This document shows, in pieces, positions 10,801 to 22,471 of a stretch of DNA of 64,000 nucleotides. How positions within the stretch are numbered: position 1 is the stretch's first letter; each line of letters begins with the position of its first letter. The DNA comes from an uncultured cyanobacterium. GTDB lineage: Bacteria > Cyanobacteriota > Cyanobacteriia > Cyanobacteriales > Nostocaceae. A model generated the notes under the pieces. It made no database searches, was not told the origin of the DNA, and saw only the letters and a program-made list of their open reading frames with translations. The translations under genes were made by a program, and so were the position numbers. The DNA lies in assembly GCA_963706595.1 (NCBI GenBank), contig OY970166.1:5152001-5216000 (forward strand), given 5' to 3'.

Positions 10801-12134
10801 AAAACTGAAAAACCAACTGACCAAGTAATTCGTGCAATTGCTGACCCAAAGCTTGGCAAACTACTGTATTGGCAAAGGTAATTTGTCCCTGCAAATCGAT
10901 CCGCATAATCAAGTCGGTTTGAGTTTCTACTAGCTGACGATAAAGTTTCTCGCTTTGCTGCAAGCACTCTTCAGCACGTTGGCGTTCAGTGTTTTCCTGT
11001 TGTAAAAGCTCGTTAGATAGGAGAAGTTCCTGCGTGCGTTCCCCTACCCGGATTTCTAACTCATTCCTGGCTTGAGATAATGCTTTTTCTGCTTGTTTAC
11101 GGGCGCTAATGTCACAAAGCAACCAGAGCCAACCCAGCTGCTTACCCTGTTTATATATCGCAGACTCTCAGACTCGCTGGGAAAGATGGCCCCGACCGTG
11201 GCTGGAGGTGAATTTCCCAGTCTTCTATCTCCTCTAATGTCTGTAGTTGAGACCTAAAGTCTGGGCGATCTTGTTCAGCAATAAATTGACTTAATTCTTC
11301 GCCTTTTAAATGATTTTGTTGTACAGACAGTAAGGTGGCTGCTGCATGGTTAGCTTTTTTAATCACACCTGTGGTATCGGTGACTAAATAACCATGAGGA
11401 GCGAACTCAAATAAATCCTGATAACGCTGACGCTCTAACTCGGCGGTTTCACGCGCCATCACCAGTTGTTCATTTTGTTGCCGTAGTTCTTCTTCCACCA
11501 CTTGGAGTTCTTCGAGGGCTTGTTGAAGTTCTTCATTAACTTGGATGACTTCAACGGTTTGTGCGTCCAACCATTTTTTTAAATGACTGTGCGTTTGGCC
11601 GCCCATTACCTCTGCTGGATATCGATTTTGCGGTAAGGTTTCCAAATCAAAGGTGTTGAGCAAGGTAGTTTCAGTGACCACCCCTACTAATTGCTCCTGT
11701 TGGTCTAAAATCGGCAGATGGCAAATTTGATGCTGGCGCAATAGTGACAAAACTGTAAAGATATCCTGGGAAGGGGATGGTGTCAGGGTAATGACTGGCT
11801 GTACCATCACTTGCGCGATTTTCACCTGAGATAAATTTATGCGGTTAGCCGTAACTCTAATGACATCTTTAGTTGTAAAAATCCCTAATAATTTGCCTTG
11901 TTCTACAACCAAAACACAAGTATTAGTTTGACGATAGTCTGTGCTGTGAATGAAAGCATTCGGGGAATTGGTTGGTGACGAATTAATAGTTCTTTCTTGA
12001 CTCATCAAGATAATGGCATCGACTACATAACTATCAGGGCTAATCGTTAAAGGACATCGATCAATAGCATGATATAAACTAGGCAAGTCAATTAGCTGAT
12101 TATTGGATCTCATAGTTAATTCATCAATTTTCAT
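7895..12134 (-). CDS. CBS-multiPAS hybrid sensor histidine kinase/receiver; frameshift near 11160
   Basis: CBS pair and PAS in ORF 11151..12134; PAS/PAC repeats, H-box AHDLNN, N-box [14 protein letters not shown]-boxes and receiver in 7895..11122; a +1 shift joins the split PAS-PAC. Confidence 0.88.
9815..9843. repeat. 21-nt mini-element inserted at a HIP1 site, in frame in the kinase (ELQAALR)
   Basis: GCGATCGC-GTAGCGCTGCTTGCAGTTCGC interrupts the PAC I(S/G)DRK motif. Confidence 0.7.
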
Positions 12135-13384
12135 GATCTGAATGACATCAGAACTACATAACGAAACATATACTGAGAAACTTGTTGATTATTAAAGATT
12201 ATTGCGGTGGAAAAGGCTATAAATCAGATTGCTGAAGATGAAGATGCTTGGTTTACAAAAAAGCCAGTCCTGGCTACAGCCTAAATAGGTATACAACCAG
12301 GGCTATGGAGGAAAATTTTGTAGTTCTCAAACCCATTGTATTCTTGAATTAGGGATAGATGATCTTTTACTTAAAGACATTACACTAATTAATCCTCTAA
12401 TCTAGAGGGGGTCAAACCACCCAGGCCAAATATTTAGGCGATCGCTTGATTTATTCATGTACTTTTACATACATATAATTCTTGCTTGAAAGATTGTAGA
12501 AACAGTATTTTCACATTACTTACTTAATAAAATATTCAAATCAAAAGTTTTAATTCATACAGGAATTGCAGGCTAGTAATTACTTGTGGGAAGGAAGAAC
12601 TGCCAGAATTTGTGACATTTCAAAATAATTCGGAAAACTCAACTAGGAGCTTTAGACCCAAAAACATGAAATTGCTTGCATCAAGTAATATTCATATATG
12701 AAGATTTTCTCCATCATCCTATAGTTCTCAAGAAGTAGACATTCAGTATCAACATAATAAATACCCTGATCAACTCAGTGTGTTATTGTTGCCTGATGAG
12801 TTTGTTTAGATCATGCAGGCTCACAATTTATCACCCAATCAGAGCCAAGATGGTTGAGACAACCTAACTGACAAATGTAATTGTATTGTCTCGCTAATAC
12901 CTCCACCCAAAGCATCAAGACAACTACCTCTGATAGCATATTTACGCCACTTTGCTAACCCTACTCCTCAACTTGTTAATATCCCAAAAACGTAACTGAG
13001 GCAAAATCTAGTTTTGAGTGCTTAGTTGAAGTTACTGCTGAGTTTACTAAACATCTGGTTTCTTTGAGTAAAGTTTTTACAGCTTGATTTCAAATCACGG
13101 AACTGTAGATTTTGACAGGGTGATATTATTTCTGGTGCTGATATTCCTGGACAAACAATTTAATCGGGTGTGATTAAAAATCAGGTGGCAAAAGGTAAAT
13201 TTGAGAACATCAAGGTAAGCCGATGAAGTAGAATGCATAAGTATATATGCATGAGGCTTGTTTCTAGGCAAGAAAAATATTCGTACGTTTATTTACTCCA
13301 TGACGCTTGAGCATGATTGTAGTTTTACGGATTTACTGATCAAAATATTTGTATATTAAGGATGATATCAGAGGCATTACGGAA

Positions 13385-14521
13385 ATGGATCAAATTGTGA
13401 TCAACGACACAACTTTGCGTGACGGGGAACAAGCTGCTGGTGTGGCTTTTAACTTACAAGAGAAAATAGCGATCGCTCAATTACTCGATGCCATTGGAGT
13501 CCATGAGTTAGAAATCGGGATTCCCGCCATGGGTAAAGCAGAACAACACGCCATAGCGACAATTGCTGACTTAGGTTTACAAGCGAACCTTCTAGGTTGG
13601 AACCGCGCCGTAATTTCAGATATTCAAGCTTGCATAGATTGTGGTTTGCAGCGAGTGCATATATCTATACCTGTGTCTGCGATCCAAATTACCGCTAAAT
13701 TTGAGGGAAAATGGCAGGTAGTTTTAGAGAAACTGCGAGATAGTATCAGCTTTGCCCTTGATCATGGATTGTTTGTTTCCGTAGGCGGAGAAGATTCTTC
13801 CAGAGCCGAGTCAAAATTCCTTTTGGATGTAGCGCTTTATGCTCAAGAATGTGGTGCATCACGGTTTCGCTTTTGTGACACAGTAGGAATTCTCGATCCT
13901 TTCACAACTTATACAGAAGTTAAGCAATTGGTAACAGCATTATCCATACCCGTAGAAATGCATACGCACAATGATTTTGGTTTAGCAACTGCTAACTCTC
14001 TAGCCGGAATCAAAGCGGGCGCTTTATCAGTGAATACAACAGTCAATGGTTTAGGCGAAAGAGCCGGAAATGCGGCTTTAGAAGAAATCGTCATGGCTCT
14101 CAAACGCATCCATAATACTAATTTAGGTATCGATACTTCTCGCTTACTGGAAATTTCCCGACTTGTAGCATCAGCATCAGGGTTTAATGTGCATCCTTGG
14201 AAAGCAATTGTCGGCGAAAATAGTTTTGCTCACGAATCAGGTATCCATGCTCATGGTGTACTCCAAAACCCTGATACTTACGAACCCTTTGCACCCGAAG
14301 AGGTAGGAGGCGAGAGGCGTTTGGTGTTGGGTAAGCATTCAGGAAGACATTTATTGTCTAACGTGCTGGAGCAGCATGGGATTTCTCTGAACCCAGAAGC
14401 CATGAAATCTGTTTTAGATGCGGTGCGACAAGCGTCTATGGAGAATAAGCGGAGTTTAACTACACAAGAACTTTTACATTTAGCTGAAACACACCTAAAT
14501 AACGCGGTTCAGACGCGATAA
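13385..14521 (+). CDS. nifV: Homocitrate synthase (stand-alone nifV)
   Basis: [48 protein letters not shown]. Confidence 0.9.
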   Translation: MDQIVINDTTLRDGEQAAGVAFNLQEKIAIAQLLDAIGVHELEIGIPAMGKAEQHAIATIADLGLQANLLGWNRAVISDIQACIDCGLQRVHISIPVSAIQITAKFEGKWQVVLEKLRDSISFALDHGLFVSVGGEDSSRAESKFLLDVALYAQECGASRFRFCDTVGILDPFTTYTEVKQLVTALSIPVEMHTHNDFGLATANSLAGIKAGALSVNTTVNGLGERAGNAALEEIVMALKRIHNTNLGIDTSRLLEISRLVASASGFNVHPWKAIVGENSFAHESGIHAHGVLQNPDTYEPFAPEEVGGERRLVLGKHSGRHLLSNVLEQHGISLNPEAMKSVLDAVRQASMENKRSLTTQELLHLAETHLNNAVQTR

Positions 14522-14591
14522 ATCAAATTAGACGCGATAAATCAAATTAGACGCGATAAATCAAATTAGACGCGATAAATCGCGTCTCTAC
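14511..14591. repeat. 19-bp tandem repeat x3 ending in a GTAG-type REP-like palindrome
   Basis: AGACGCGATAAATCAAATT x3 then AGACGCGATAAATCGCGTCTCTAC. Confidence 0.88.
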
Positions 14592-16150
14592 AAAACGGTA
14601 TTTTGGGATGAAGCGTCAGCACCAGAACCATATTTCCACGCGTCAACTAAACGATGCCAATAATATTGTTGCTCAATGGGCTGATTTTTTATCCATGTTT
14701 CTAATATGGGACTTAACTTAAATAAGGCAGTGTAAATACCTAAGTTACTGTAATGCACTAGCCAATCTAGTAAACTCAGTAAACCAACTTGGGGAATGAT
14801 TTTGGCAATTAATCCTGGATGAAATAAACCAGTTTTTAATAGTGTTTGTGTGAGTCCCGAAAACTGCACTACATCTTGCAAAAATGGTTTTAATACTGGT
14901 GTTCCCAATTGCTGCATTTCCTCAAATACCGCCTTGAGTAGTTGGTTAATTTGGTCTGGGGCTATTTTCTGATTTATCCCCACACTCATGGCTTGTTGAA
15001 ACAACCAGGTGACTGTCAGGTTGGGTTGATAGGGTTGCAGGAGGGCTAAATTTTGGGCAGATAATTGATTGCTTTGTACTGCTTCATGAATACCATAAGT
15101 TAACCGCTTGAGGTGACGTACCATCGCCCCAAATCCGCCGAAACTCAAGGGAGATTGACTACCACTGCTGTCTCCCACTGTTAACAGGCGATTCCAAGGG
15201 GTTTTGATGGGGCTTTGGCGATAGGAAGGAAAGAAGCCAAACAGCGCTCGTTGAAATTGCAATTGGTTTAATTCCACACGCTGATATTTTGGTAGGAGTC
15301 GCAGATATTCTTCAAACAATGCGGCTAAAGTCAGGCGTTGTGGTTCTGCATCCATGTAGGTAAATAAGTAAGTCGTTCTCCCGTCTTTAGCTGGGAAGGC
15401 TTCCCAAAAGTATTGACATTGATTTTCTAAGGGTGTGAAGGAATATAGCAAGTCGCCAGTGGTATTTTCTGGGAAACCTTGGGCGCAACTTCCTACGACT
15501 AAGCATAAAGCGTCTGGTTTTTTACCTTGGCGGGCTTGGCGGGTGATGGGAGAAAAATTTCCCATTGCGTCGATTAATAATTTAGTTTTGTATTGGTTAT
15601 TGACTATGACTCCTTCTGGGTGAACTGTTGCTTCAGTGAAGGGTGTGTTTTCTAACAAGTTTCCCCCAGCAGCGAGAAATCGGGTTTTTAATGTATCTAG
15701 TAGATAAACTGGATCTACGCCAATATTTAAGACATCTTCTACCCAGATTTCTGTCCCACCAGCAAAACTGACTCGTGCGGGGTTATATTTAGTTGCGATC
15801 GCCTGTTCTAATTCTTCAATACTCAGCAAGTTTAATTCTACAAATACTTCTAATTCTGGGCGAGAAATATTCCATTCTTGTTCTCTCCCCCGTAAAATTC
15901 CCCGTTCCATTAACGCCACCCGCAATCCTTTAACTGCTAAGGCGGAAGCAATTAAAATCCCTAAAGTCCCACCACAAACGATGACATCCCACTCTACAGC
16001 GTCTAATGGTTGCTGACTTTCTTTAACTACCGTGGGGATGGGGGCGGTATTTTCTCTGATGGATGTTAAAAGGCGATCGCCTTGGCGCAAACCGCCGATC
16101 ACATCGCCCGGTAGTTGAGAGAGAATTTCTTCAGTTAAAGATGGGGACAT
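14588..16150 (-). CDS. cruP: FAD-dependent oxidoreductase, CruP-like (lycopene cyclase paralogue)
   Basis: DVIVCGGTLG FAD motif, REQEWNISR, QSPLSFGGFG; 520 aa. Confidence 0.7.
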   Translation of the reverse strand: MSPSLTEEILSQLPGDVIGGLRQGDRLLTSIRENTAPIPTVVKESQQPLDAVEWDVIVCGGTLGILIASALAVKGLRVALMERGILRGREQEWNISRPELEVFVELNLLSIEELEQAIATKYNPARVSFAGGTEIWVEDVLNIGVDPVYLLDTLKTRFLAAGGNLLENTPFTEATVHPEGVIVNNQYKTKLLIDAMGNFSPITRQARQGKKPDALCLVVGSCAQGFPENTTGDLLYSFTPLENQCQYFWEAFPAKDGRTTYLFTYMDAEPQRLTLAALFEEYLRLLPKYQRVELNQLQFQRALFGFFPSYRQSPIKTPWNRLLTVGDSSGSQSPLSFGGFGAMVRHLKRLTYGIHEAVQSNQLSAQNLALLQPYQPNLTVTWLFQQAMSVGINQKIAPDQINQLLKAVFEEMQQLGTPVLKPFLQDVVQFSGLTQTLLKTGLFHPGLIAKIIPQVGLLSLLDWLVHYSNLGIYTALFKLSPILETWIKNQPIEQQYYWHRLVDAWKYGSGADASSQNTVL

Positions 16151-16271
16151 ATTCAGGTGATTCCAAGGGGCTATTAGTTTTCATCGTACATTTCCCACAC
16201 CTGTTTTACAGAATATTGGCCAGAGCTTTTTGGTAAAAATAGTAATTAAGTCTGATTTAGTCCTAATTTAG

Positions 16272-16421
16272 GACTTTTCACGGTATCGGGAAAACCCCTC
16301 TCCAAACCTCTCCCCTACAAGGAGAGAGGCTTTAATTTTTCCCCCTTCCCTCGCAGGGAAGGGGGTTAGGGGGTTAGGGGGTTAGGTTTCACGTTAATTT
16401 TTCCACATAACGTGAAAAGTC
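16272..16421. mobile_element. MITE, about 150 bp
   Basis: Perfect terminal inverted repeat GACTTTTCACG / CGTGAAAAGTC; internal hairpin CCCCCTTCCCT..AGGGAAGGGGG. Confidence 0.75.
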
Positions 16422-16422
16422 A

Positions 16423-16699
16423 GGCTAGATATCGGGGGTTTTGTCGCAAGTACAAGCCAAAGCCAAAATCAGAAAAGCGTAACCACTGGGGAAGCAAGCC
16501 GTTAGCGGGAATGAAGTTTAAAGGAAAGCTGAATAAAAAGAAAACATCACCAGGACAAATGAATTTAACTTGGAACAACTGGGAATCAACAGACCCAGAA
16601 ATTCAGGAAGTAGCTGATAAATTTGTCATGGCGAATTGCTATCAACCACCAGGGGGGAGTGCCAGGGAACGAAAACCGGGAAACCTTGAAACTTCGTAG
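16423..16699 (+). pseudogene. Probable C-terminal fragment of a cyanobacterial Y1/RAYT-like transposase
   Basis: YRGFCRKYKPKPKSEKRNHWGSK..SPGQM..VADKFVMANC recalled as the tail of cyanobacterial IS200-like transposases; the ORF start lies inside the MITE end. Confidence 0.5.
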
Positions 16700-16740
16700 A
16701 AAAGTCGGCAATAAAAAATGTTTATGATTGACTGAAAGCT

Positions 16741-19248
16741 TTATAGGTTACAGTTTACAACTCTCTGCGCGAGAGAAGAGTAATTTTCACGCATACAATA
16801 ACTAAGGCTGACCCCATTTATGACTTTTACGTTCACCGCGTTCGTCCATATAATCCCTTGTTTGTATTTACGCTCCTGAACACTCAAACCAAAGCGACCA
16901 TCACTATATTGCACCCAAAGTTGGTCAATGGTGCGGAGGTCAGAACAGGGAAATTTTTCTATATCTTCACTAGATAAGTAACCTTGACTTTCTCGGTTAG
17001 CCACCTTGAGCATCATTTTAGCTGTTTCCTCATCAGCTTCCTGCCAATTTCCAGCTATCAAGTGTTCTAAAAGTTGTCTGTATTGTGGCGGCCATTGGTC
17101 TTTAACAACCCTTATTCCTTCTCCATCAGTGCGGTTTTCCTGAGTCCAACAAGTAAGATAATTCTCATCTCTTGCTGGATACTGTTTTGCTTCTGCTTCC
17201 GTGGGTAATCTATAACGAATTAGGTTGTTGTTAAAATTAGAATTAAAACTCAACCAAGCACAAAAACGATTAGCAGCTTGAAAAGTAATGCCAGTAACAG
17301 GTTGAGTACGAGCAATATATTTTAAGTTCAAGTCCCATAAGTCAAATAAGTGATATTCTGCAATTGTAATGTATCCCTGATCAATTTTTTGCGTTTCATT
17401 AATTCTCAATAAATTATTCAACCTCCTTGATAGTTTTACCTGTGCTGCTATTATAGCAATTTCTAGGTCAGGGGATTCCAAACCAGCTTCGAGAATATTT
17501 TCAAGTTCTCGCCGTGTTTGTGGTTCTACTTCCTTACTTTCTTTCCAACAATCATAAGCTAAAGTTAAGGAAGCAACCGTCTGATTTTGTAACGCTGCTT
17601 TAATCAATTTTGTGGCATCACTTTGAGCAGCATAAAGGCGAATTGTTTCTGCCCACCAAGGATTATCCAAATTATCAATTAATATTTGGTTATCAATTAA
17701 TATTTGTTTTTGCTGCAACTCTTTCACCTCAGCCGCAGCTAAATATTCCTGAAAACTCAAATGAGCAAATTCAAATTTGCCTTGCTCTTTTTCCACTATT
17801 AAACCACTCACATCTTTAACTTGTTCTAAAAATTCTCCTGGTGTTAGTGTATTATTAACTATTGTTTGTAGCTTCCTAGCAATTAAACTCTCAACTTCTG
17901 CTGGTGCAAAAGTGCGAGTTTTCTTTTGCATCAAATCCAGCGCTAAAACTTGTAATACTGATTTATTTTGGTCAGATGTAAGAGGTGCTGTGATTTCCTT
18001 AGCAGCTTGTCGAGTTCCTAAAAGTAAATCACAAATTTTTTGATAAAGTTCCACCCTTTCTCCTGGTAATGCACTACCGTTATAATGAACAGTAGCAATC
18101 ATTGTCACCAATAGCGGATTGGTTGCCATATCAGCAATAGCACGATTATTAATAATCCGATCAATTAAATCTGCGGCATTTTTCTCAGATTTTGCTTTTA
18201 CAGCTTGATTATTTTTCCCAGCGCGACTTCTAATTTCTGTTTGCAGATACCAACTATTAATAAATTGCTTCATCTGCTCTAAAGTGAAAGGTAGAACTTT
18301 TAAAATAACTCCTACTTGATCCACAGGCGCACTACTATAACCATAAGGACGAGAAGTAATAATAAAAGCTGTTTGGCGATAAATAGCCATTTGCTGATTT
18401 ACCCATGCACTTACCTGCAAACGTTTTTCACTATCAGCAACTTCATCCAATCCATCCAACATGACTAAACATTTACCATTCTTTAACTGTTCATTAAACC
18501 AGTCTGTTTGGGGGTTTAGTTCAGCAAAAGCAGGTTGGTTTTTTAAGTGATTAGTAATTAATTCTGGTAAGTTAGGAGGTTGTTGGCTGGTAATTTCTTC
18601 ACGGATATCGCGCAGGTACAATAACACTGGTAAAAATTGCGTTGCTTTATATTTGCTATAACCATTTTTGGCATAGGTCAAAGTTAAATGCTTGAGCAAA
18701 GTTGTTTTACCATATCCAGGGGGAGCGATAACAGCCATGCGGCGAAAACTATTTTGTTGAGAAATAGCAGCTAAAAAATCCCAAATTTCTTGATTTTCAG
18801 AATGTTGACTGGTGTGTTGAGTCGTAACCATTGCACCAGAAATATTTTCTAAATTACCTGTCTCAACTTTTAATGGTACAAATACATCCTCTAAATCTAA
18901 TACAGGTAAGCCAATTCTGAAACCCTCAGTTTCAAAGTCACAATAAAAATCGACTAATGCTTTTTTATACTTACTCTCAAATCCTGAAAGTTTTTTAATA
19001 ACTTTTTGTGGTAAATCGTCTGCTTGTTTAGCAGTCCATTCTCCAGCTTGTTTACCTTTTTCTTCTGCTTTGGTTTCTACGGCTTTCATAAATTCGCCGC
19101 TAAACTTCACCCAAATAGAGGAACTAGCAGTGAGAAAAGTAGAAATTACAGCCTGTGTCCATTGTTGGTTAAGGAGAAAATGACCTGTTACACCAACTCC
19201 AGCACCAGTAGGAAACCATTGGAATAATGCCTGTGTAATCTTTTGCAT
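16741..19248 (-). CDS. NACHT NTPase with C-terminal GUN4-like domain
   Basis: APPGYGKTT, LVMLDGLDEV, IITSRP, NPLL, FAHLSFQEYLAA; WQEADEET..DLRTIDQLWVQYSDGRFGLSVQ. Confidence 0.88.
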   Translation of the reverse strand: MQKITQALFQWFPTGAGVGVTGHFLLNQQWTQAVISTFLTASSSIWVKFSGEFMKAVETKAEEKGKQAGEWTAKQADDLPQKVIKKLSGFESKYKKALVDFYCDFETEGFRIGLPVLDLEDVFVPLKVETGNLENISGAMVTTQHTSQHSENQEIWDFLAAISQQNSFRRMAVIAPPGYGKTTLLKHLTLTYAKNGYSKYKATQFLPVLLYLRDIREEITSQQPPNLPELITNHLKNQPAFAELNPQTDWFNEQLKNGKCLVMLDGLDEVADSEKRLQVSAWVNQQMAIYRQTAFIITSRPYGYSSAPVDQVGVILKVLPFTLEQMKQFINSWYLQTEIRSRAGKNNQAVKAKSEKNAADLIDRIINNRAIADMATNPLLVTMIATVHYNGSALPGERVELYQKICDLLLGTRQAAKEITAPLTSDQNKSVLQVLALDLMQKKTRTFAPAEVESLIARKLQTIVNNTLTPGEFLEQVKDVSGLIVEKEQGKFEFAHLSFQEYLAAAEVKELQQKQILIDNQILIDNLDNPWWAETIRLYAAQSDATKLIKAALQNQTVASLTLAYDCWKESKEVEPQTRRELENILEAGLESPDLEIAIIAAQVKLSRRLNNLLRINETQKIDQGYITIAEYHLFDLWDLNLKYIARTQPVTGITFQAANRFCAWLSFNSNFNNNLIRYRLPTEAEAKQYPARDENYLTCWTQENRTDGEGIRVVKDQWPPQYRQLLEHLIAGNWQEADEETAKMMLKVANRESQGYLSSEDIEKFPCSDLRTIDQLWVQYSDGRFGLSVQERKYKQGIIWTNAVNVKVINGVSLSYCMRENYSSLAQRVVNCNL

Positions 19249-19345
19249 CTGACGAACTTTATGGAAGATATTGATACAGTTACGCTTAAATACGTCTTTA
19301 ATAAAAGATGATACGCTAATTTACTTATCTGACATCTTGCACTAA

Positions 19346-19473
19346 GCCCTGGCGATTAGAAATCGCGGCTATACAAACAAAGTCCGCCTACGCGGACTCA
19401 CAGAAAAACAAGGGTTTTTAACCCACGTAGGTGGGTTTCGCCTGTGTAGCCGTGACTTCCAGTCGCCTGGTGC
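19346..19473. repeat. Palindromic dispersed repeat / MITE-like element
   Basis: Outer arms GGCGATTAGAAATCGCGGCTATACA / TGTGTAGCCGTGACTTCCAGTCGCC with inner hairpins GTCCGC..GCGGAC and AACCCAC..GTGGGTT. Confidence 0.7.
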
Positions 19474-19494
19474 TTTTCTATTCTCGTTAAAAAC

Positions 19495-19986
19495 CTAAAT
19501 CTGATACCAAGCAGTCAAAGCCACCGCCAAAGCATCAGCAGCATCATCTGGCTTAGGAATATCGTCTAAATCCAACTCTCGCGCCACAGCATCTTGCACT
19601 TCCGATTTATCGGCATTACCATAACCTGTTAAGGCTAGTTTAATTTGGCCAGGAGTAAATTCAACATAGGGCAGCTTATGCTGTGCCAAAACCAACATCA
19701 GTACACCCCTAGCCTGTGCCACAAGAATTGTATTTGCCATCCGATAAAAGAACAATTTTTCAATTGCTACCAAATCTGGTTGTAATTCCGAAATCACGGT
19801 GTGCAAATCGTCAAACAAGGTACACAGGCGCTGTCCCATTTCCATTTTGGATGAAGTCTGGATGACTCCGAAATCTACCATACTCACCGACGTATCCGAA
19901 ATTTTAGCCGAAGTTTGGGTACAAGTAATTAGCCCAAATCCTAAAATTGCCAGTCCCGGATCTAATCCTAAAATGCGTTTTTCCAT
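19495..19986 (-). CDS. ruvC: Holliday junction resolvase RuvC
   Basis: [35 protein letters not shown]. Confidence 0.95.
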   Translation of the reverse strand: MEKRILGLDPGLAILGFGLITCTQTSAKISDTSVSMVDFGVIQTSSKMEMGQRLCTLFDDLHTVISELQPDLVAIEKLFFYRMANTILVAQARGVLMLVLAQHKLPYVEFTPGQIKLALTGYGNADKSEVQDAVARELDLDDIPKPDDAADALAVALTAWYQI

Positions 19987-20131
19987 TAAATTCAATTTAA
20001 CTGGCAATTTTGACGACTTGCTGCTAGTGTAAAGTCCTTGATAAATTTGATAATTCCACATTTGGTGTTCATACCAAGTAGTATAAATTTTCTGTTAAAC
20101 ATTTATTTTGTAGCACTGCTCCGAATCAGGT

Positions 20132-21502
20132 ATGTCAATTGGTTTTCTCAGACAAGCTCTCAAAGCCCTGCAAAAGCAGTCGCGCCACCGCACCTCCCAT
20201 CGTGTTAACCAGTGGTTCAAGTGGTTATCTCCTGGGCTAGCCATCAAACGCTGGTTGCTAATCAGTCTTGGAGGTGTACTGCTGGCAATTTTGGGGTTGG
20301 CGATATCGGTGAGGCTAACCCCAATTTTTTGGGCGCTGGAGTTGGTGAGGAGTTTTCTGGGAGTAATTGCTGAGATTTTACCCCACTATATCAGCGGCCC
20401 TTTGGTATTACTGGGAGGTGTACTTTTGCTGTTTTGGGGGCAAACTCGTACCGTCAGTTCAATTACTCAGGTAATCAGACCAAACGGCGAAGAGGATCTG
20501 ATTGACGTGCTGATGGCACATCGTCGATTGTACCGGGGTCCGAAAATAGTCGTAATTGGTGGGGGAACTGGACTTTCTACTTTATTACGGGGATTAAAAA
20601 CCTACAGCGCTAATACTACTGCTATTGTCACTGTGGCTGATGATGGTGGTTCTTCAGGGCGGCTGCGTCAGGAATTTGGCGTTTTACCACCAGGGGATAT
20701 TCGTAATTGTTTGGCAGCCCTGGCAGATGAAGAAAAGTTATTAACAGAATTATTTCAATATCGTTTTAAAGCTGGGGACGGTTTGACAGGCCATAGTTTT
20801 GGCAATTTGTTCTTAACTGCCATGAGCGATATTACTGGGGATTTAGAACAGGCGGTTGCAGCCAGTTCCAAGGTGCTAGCAGTCCGGGGACAAGTTCTGC
20901 CAGCAACTCTGAGCGATGTTCGCCTCTGGGCAGAATTAGACGATGGCCGTCGCATTGAGGGTGAGTCTAGTATTCCCAAAGCTGGGGGGAAAATTGTCAA
21001 AATTGGCTGTATCCCTGCTAACCCTCCGGCTTTGCCTACAGCTATTAAAGCTATTAAAGAAGCTGATTATATTATTGTGGGACCAGGTAGTTTATATACC
21101 AGTCTGATTCCTAATTTACTTGTACCAGAAATTGCTGATGCGATCGCCAAATCTACAGCCCCTCGCATCTACATCTGCAATATCATGACTCAAGCCGGAG
21201 AAACTCAGGGATATACTGTTGCTGACCACATTAAAGCTATTGATGCTGCCTGTGGAGACAGACAGCTGTTTGATGCAGTCTTGGTACACAAAAAATCTCC
21301 CTCGGAAAAATCACTCCTGCGCTATGCTCAACAAAATTCCCATCCAGTTTTCTTAGATAGGGAAGATGTCACTCTATTAGGGCGGCGAATTGTTTTAGCT
21401 AATATCTTGTATGAAGATGAAACAGGTTGCGTGCGTCACAACCCCCAGAAACTAGCACGAGTTTTATTGCGATGGTACAGTGGAACCCATCAAGGGAAGT
21501 GA
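20132..21502 (+). CDS. yvcK: YvcK/CofD-like gluconeogenesis factor family protein
   Basis: [39 protein letters not shown]. Confidence 0.9.
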   Translation: MSIGFLRQALKALQKQSRHRTSHRVNQWFKWLSPGLAIKRWLLISLGGVLLAILGLAISVRLTPIFWALELVRSFLGVIAEILPHYISGPLVLLGGVLLLFWGQTRTVSSITQVIRPNGEEDLIDVLMAHRRLYRGPKIVVIGGGTGLSTLLRGLKTYSANTTAIVTVADDGGSSGRLRQEFGVLPPGDIRNCLAALADEEKLLTELFQYRFKAGDGLTGHSFGNLFLTAMSDITGDLEQAVAASSKVLAVRGQVLPATLSDVRLWAELDDGRRIEGESSIPKAGGKIVKIGCIPANPPALPTAIKAIKEADYIIVGPGSLYTSLIPNLLVPEIADAIAKSTAPRIYICNIMTQAGETQGYTVADHIKAIDAACGDRQLFDAVLVHKKSPSEKSLLRYAQQNSHPVFLDREDVTLLGRRIVLANILYEDETGCVRHNPQKLARVLLRWYSGTHQGK

Positions 21503-21630
21503 ATTCAAATTGGAGCCGGAAAAAATATTTTCTATTGACCAATATTTCCTGAATGGTACAAACCCCCAGATTTATCTGTGAGGTAAATCCAAAATCTAAA
21601 ATCTAAAATCCCAAATTATATGACTCGGCT

Positions 21631-22077
21631 ATGAATATTTTGCTTGCAGATGCAGAAGCAACGTTACGCTTGGGCATCACACTTGGCCAAAATCTGAATG
21701 CTGGCAGTGTGATTTTATTAGAAGGTGATTTGGGTACTGGAAAAACTACACTAGTACAGGGAATTGGTCAAGGTTTAGGCATCAATGAACCAATTGTTAG
21801 CCCTACTTTCACTCTCATCAATGAGTACACTCAAGGACGTTTACCCCTCTACCATTTAGATTTATATCGCCTAGAACCCTCTGAGGTCGAAGCCTTGAAC
21901 CTAGAAACTTATTGGGAAGGTTTTGAGGTAATGCCGGGAATTGTAGCCATTGAATGGGCAGAACGAATGCCCTACAAGCCAGATAGTTATCTAACTTTGG
22001 CGTTGGCTTATGGAGATGACGGCACTCGTCAAGCCAAAATTGCCCTATTTAATTGCGCGATTCCCAAATTGATTTAG
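21631..22077 (+). CDS. tsaE: tRNA t6A biosynthesis ATPase TsaE (HetY in Anabaena)
   Basis: GDLGTGKTT, SPTFTLINEY, HLDLYRL, IEWAE. Confidence 0.93.
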   Translation: MNILLADAEATLRLGITLGQNLNAGSVILLEGDLGTGKTTLVQGIGQGLGINEPIVSPTFTLINEYTQGRLPLYHLDLYRLEPSEVEALNLETYWEGFEVMPGIVAIEWAERMPYKPDSYLTLALAYGDDGTRQAKIALFNCAIPKLI

Positions 22078-22305
22078 CCAGTTGCAGGATGTGAGCGCCC
22101 CAGGAGGGGAAGTCAAAAGTCAAAAGACTCCTCACAGATGTTTTCATTTTCAATCCAAAATACTCGCGGCGCTGCGGACGCGGCGCTAACGGCAATCTCA
22201 AATCTAAAATTCTTTGCCCCGCAGCTATACCTGCTCGCAAATCTCACATCCCGAATTGTCTGATCTCAGTACAACGCTACAAATATTTGTCCGATAGTCG
22301 TAAAG

Positions 22306-22396
22306 CCCTGCGGGCATAGCTGCGCTTACCGCGTAGCGTCTCGAAGAGAAGAGAAGAGAAGAGAAGAGAAGAGAAGAGAAGAGAAAAAAAGAAGAG
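22306..22396. repeat. Mini-element cluster followed by an (AGAAG)n purine tract downstream of patS
   Basis: GCCCTGCGGGCATAGCTGCGCTTACC-GCGTAGCGTCTCGAAGAGAAG then AGAAG repeats. Confidence 0.6.
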
Positions 22397-22417
22397 AGGG
22401 AGAATTCCACACTCGTT

Positions 22418-22471
22418 CTATCTACCACTACCACGCTCATCAAGGAAATTCACTAACATTTTTGTCTTCAT
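22418..22471 (-). CDS. patS: Heterocyst pattern inhibitor peptide PatS, MKTKMLVNFLDERGSGR
   Basis: Manual translation; C-terminal ERGSGR; located between tsaE/hetY and dihydroorotase as in Anabaena; alternative starts at 22459 (ATG) and 22453 (GTG). Confidence 0.95.
   Translation of the reverse strand: MKTKMLVNFLDERGSGR

Noticed and set aside
14511..14587. Possible mini CRISPR array
   Set aside because: Units are identical 19-mers with no unique spacers and no cas genes are present
22225..22443. 72-aa minus-strand ORF
   Set aside because: Made of low-complexity repeat and overlaps patS in another frame
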